In this document: positions 61,176 through 64,000 of the stretch, one piece after another
Layout of the letters: every line of letters starts with the position of its first letter
Position numbering within the stretch: position 1 is the stretch's first letter
DNA from: an uncultured Chloroflexia bacterium
Lineage (GTDB): Bacteria > Chloroflexota > Anaerolineae > Anaerolineales > UBA4823
Assembly (NCBI GenBank): GCA_963743215.1
Contig: CAVUOY010000009.1
Coordinates: 29,709 to 93,708 of the forward strand
Length of the DNA: 64,000 nt
Direction: 5' to 3'
Made by a program: the position numbers and the translations under genes
The notes under the pieces: generated by a model
Database searches by the model: none
The model's input: the letters and a program-made list of their open reading frames with translations, nothing else
Told to the model about the DNA's origin: nothing

Positions 61176-62291
61176 TTAATCAAATAGCCTGGGCATTCCC
61201 CAACCCCCAAGCCGAACCGAGTCGGGGTTCTCCGTCCAAATACCGGGTATTTTTGTGCCACACTTTGGGCAGGCTCCCTTTTCTGTGAGGTGGTACTGGT
61301 GGATGACGTATCCCGTGCGTTCCACCAACAACGTCTGGCACTTGGGGCAACAGGTATTTTCATATTCCCGCAAGCTGCCAGGCAGGTTGCCTGCGTACAC
61401 GAATTTCAGGCCCGCTTCCTGACCGATCTCAGCCGCGCGTTGAAGCGTCTTCACCGGGGTTGGATGGGGCTCAGTCATTTTATAGTCAGGATGAAAAGCG
61501 GTCACATGCCAGGGGATGTCGGGTGAGACCGAGGTAATGAAGCGCCCGGCCTCCAACAGCTCCTCGGTGCTGTCATTGAAGCCCGGGATGACCAGCGTCA
61601 CCACTTCAACCCATAGACCGAGCTCGTGGGCTTTTCGGATGGTATCCAGCACATTCTTCAACACGCCGCCCAGCTGGCGGTATTGCTTATCCCGCATCGT
61701 TTTCAGGTCGATCTTATAACCGCTCAGATATGGTCGCAGGTAATCCAGCACCTGAGTGGTGGCATTGCCATTGGAGACGTATACACACTTGATCCCCTGC
61801 TGTACAGCCAGCTTGAAGATACCCACCGCCCATTCAGAGGTGATCAGCGGTTCGTTGTAGGACGATGCGATCACGCTTGCGTTAGCTCGTTTCGCCGCCA
61901 GCACCATCTGCTCTGGAGAGATGCGACGTGTATAGTTGATTGATTCATCAGCCGCCGGGTCGCGCAGCATCTGTGAGCTCACCCAGTTCTGGCAGTTGGC
62001 ACAGTGGAAGTCACACCCCAACATGCCGAAGGTAAGCGCCTCACTGCCGGGCAGCACGTGGAAAAAGGGCTTCTTTTCAATCGGGTCGGCTTGCAAGCCT
62101 GCCACGTAGCCCCACGGCACGCGTAGTTTGCCAGCCTGGTTGAAGCGCACCTGGCAAATCCCGCGCTTGCCCTCACGGATCAGGCAGCGGTGAGCACAGG
62201 CGAAACAGCGCAGGGCATTATCCGGCAGGGCTTCTGCCAGCTCCATGTTTTCTACCGTCATATCATCCAGGATTGCCGCCATGGTTTTCAT
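61176..62291 (-). CDS. amrS: AmmeMemoRadiSam system radical SAM enzyme
   Basis: CFACAHRC, DPIEKKPFFH, GCDFHCANCQNW, YNEP, WHVTAFHPDY, YAGN. Confidence 0.93.
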   Translation of the reverse strand: MKTMAAILDDMTVENMELAEALPDNALRCFACAHRCLIREGKRGICQVRFNQAGKLRVPWGYVAGLQADPIEKKPFFHVLPGSEALTFGMLGCDFHCANCQNWVSSQMLRDPAADESINYTRRISPEQMVLAAKRANASVIASSYNEPLITSEWAVGIFKLAVQQGIKCVYVSNGNATTQVLDYLRPYLSGYKIDLKTMRDKQYRQLGGVLKNVLDTIRKAHELGLWVEVVTLVIPGFNDSTEELLEAGRFITSVSPDIPWHVTAFHPDYKMTEPHPTPVKTLQRAAEIGQEAGLKFVYAGNLPGSLREYENTCCPKCQTLLVERTGYVIHQYHLTEKGACPKCGTKIPGIWTENPDSVRLGGWGMPRLFD

Positions 62292-62386
62292 AGAATACTT
62301 CTCCTTAGCGTTAAACCCATTATAATCATGTTTGGTTGCAGGATGGATTCAATGAATATCAGGCTGAAACTATGTAGGAACCGTGG

Positions 62387-63004
62387 ATGCTGACCCTGGC
62401 GATCCAGGCGGGGGGCGAATCCCGCCGCATGGGCAGTGATAAAGCCTTGCTGCTTTTCCTGGGGCAGCCGATGATCCTGCGCCTGCTAAATCGCCTGGCG
62501 AGCATCGCGGATGAGGTGCTGATCACCTCGAACCAACCTGAAAATTATCGTTTTTTAGGTCTTTCTCCCATCCCTGATTTATTGCCCGGTTTTGGTGCCC
62601 TGGGCGGGCTTTTTACCGCCCTTAGTGCAGCGGGGCATCCATATGTAGCCGTCGTTGCTTGTGATATGCCTTTCGCCAGCCCTGAGCTGTTCGCGGTCGA
62701 GCTGGCGATCCTGCGCGAAACCGGTGCGGATGCGGTTATTCCTCGCTCGGAAGCCGGCACGGAACCCTTCCATGCCGTTTACCGGCGTGATACCTGCTTG
62801 CCACATATTCAAACTGCACTGGACGCCGGCAAACGGCGAGTGGATGCCTGGTTCTCCCAGGTGAATATCCGTTATCTGGCACCCCATGAATACCTCCCCT
62901 ACGATCCCGATCAGCGGGCCTTCCTGAATATCAATACGCTTGACGAGCTGAAGGAAACAGAGCGGATAGCGAGACAGGAGGATGCTCCTGCTCACTCGAA
63001 ATAA
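62387..63004 (+). CDS. mobA: molybdenum cofactor guanylyltransferase
   Basis: AGGESRRMGSDKA, ACDMPF, EPFHAVY, NINT. Confidence 0.92.
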   Translation: MLTLAIQAGGESRRMGSDKALLLFLGQPMILRLLNRLASIADEVLITSNQPENYRFLGLSPIPDLLPGFGALGGLFTALSAAGHPYVAVVACDMPFASPELFAVELAILRETGADAVIPRSEAGTEPFHAVYRRDTCLPHIQTALDAGKRRVDAWFSQVNIRYLAPHEYLPYDPDQRAFLNINTLDELKETERIARQEDAPAHSK

Positions 63005-63131
63005 GCCCAGAAAATATTGACAGCTAGTCTGGGTTAAGTTAGTGCGATTTTTCCTTTCAAACGTTATATAATTGAATCATCATGAGCATAACTCCATTGA
63101 AGGGAAAGGTTTCCCTCTAGGGGAATAGAAC

Positions 63132-64000
63132 GTGGAGCAACCCACAGCTCGCACAATTTTCCCAGACCTCAAAACCGACTTACCGGTATTGTTGATCCAT
63201 AACCTCGACCGTTCTTGGCCGCAGGCTGATATTGACATGTGCGTTGAGCTCGGGGATTTAATGTTTGATTCCCTGCAGTCTGCCGGGCATCCAGTGATCC
63301 GCGTTCGCGTGGAAGACAATAATCTCTCCACCTTACTGAGCTGCTATGATCCATCTCGGCTGATCGTGTTCAACTGGTGTGAGGAAATCCCCGGCATCCC
63401 CCGCAGTAGCTGGATGGTGGCGCAGGAATTGGAACGTCAGGGTTTCACCTATACCGGAGCCGACTACCCTGCCCTGGTATTCAGCCAGGATAAACGCCAG
63501 GTTCAACAAAAGCTAAAAGATGCTGGTGTGCCCACACCTGAGTGGAAGGTATACTCAACCGCCAGTTCACTTGATTGGGATCTGTACCCGGCTATCGTTA
63601 AGCCGGCATTTGAGCATTACAGCCTGGGGATTTCGCGCGAATCGGTGGTCGAAACAGCAGCAGAACTCTCCCAGCGGGTCAGTTATGTTATCGATCAGCA
63701 CCAGCAGCCCGTTTTGGTCGAGGAGTTCATCGATGGACGTGAATTCCACGTAGGTGTGGTTGGCAATGATAATTTGTATATGCTGCCACCCGCTGAGATC
63801 GATTTCTCTGTATTTGATGATATCCACGACCGGTTATGCACTTATGAGGCTAACTTCGTCCCAACATCTATGGCATACCAGAATTCTTTTGCCAAATTGC
63901 CAATTGAATTCACAGCAGAAGAGCTGGGCTGTTTGGAAAGTGTGGTTTTGGGAGCGTACCGTGCCACGGGCTGCCGCGATTATGCCCGCATGGATGTACG
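63132..64000 (+). CDS. D-Ala-D-Ala ligase-like ATP-grasp protein (3'-partial; absent from the ORF track)
   Basis: Manual translation from GTG 63132 gives VFNWCE, YTGAD, DK, GVPTP, IVKPAFEHYSLGI, LVEEFIDGREF and YARMD. The frame is open to the window end. Confidence 0.88.
   Translation, partial: MEQPTARTIFPDLKTDLPVLLIHNLDRSWPQADIDMCVELGDLMFDSLQSAGHPVIRVRVEDNNLSTLLSCYDPSRLIVFNWCEEIPGIPRSSWMVAQELERQGFTYTGADYPALVFSQDKRQVQQKLKDAGVPTPEWKVYSTASSLDWDLYPAIVKPAFEHYSLGISRESVVETAAELSQRVSYVIDQHQQPVLVEEFIDGREFHVGVVGNDNLYMLPPAEIDFSVFDDIHDRLCTYEANFVPTSMAYQNSFAKLPIEFTAEELGCLESVVLGAYRATGCRDYARMDV

Overview
This is a 64-kb chromosomal segment of a bacterium with roughly balanced GC content. Gene content and protein style point to Chloroflexota, probably Anaerolineae (inference). 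Core genes: a stand-alone rpoC, groES-groEL with a CIRCE, surE, suhB, rnhA, rnhB, pcm, mobA, amrS, tRNA-Arg(GCG) and tRNA-Pro(TGG). Between the convergent rpoC and groEL 3' ends lies a ~17.5-kb accessory region. It holds an IS110 element with a readable bridge-RNA region, an Aap/Bzt-type amino-acid ABC transporter, small enzymes and several GTAG-type REP mosaics. It also holds REP-linked duplications of host DNA and a duplicated promoter, one copy of which precedes a candidate small RNA. An orphan integron attC site with two cassette-like genes follows rnhB. The best candidate for an undescribed system is 42.1-54.7 kb: KdpD/KdpE-like regulators without kdpFABC, two tandem copies of [unknown ~375-aa soluble protein + KimA-like transporter with a short C-tail], a Na+/K+-ATPase-like P-type ATPase and two TrkA/RCK proteins. 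Many genes look leaderless. About seven single-base frameshifts in otherwise intact genes suggest sequencing indel errors. All calls come from motif reading by eye; no database searches were run.
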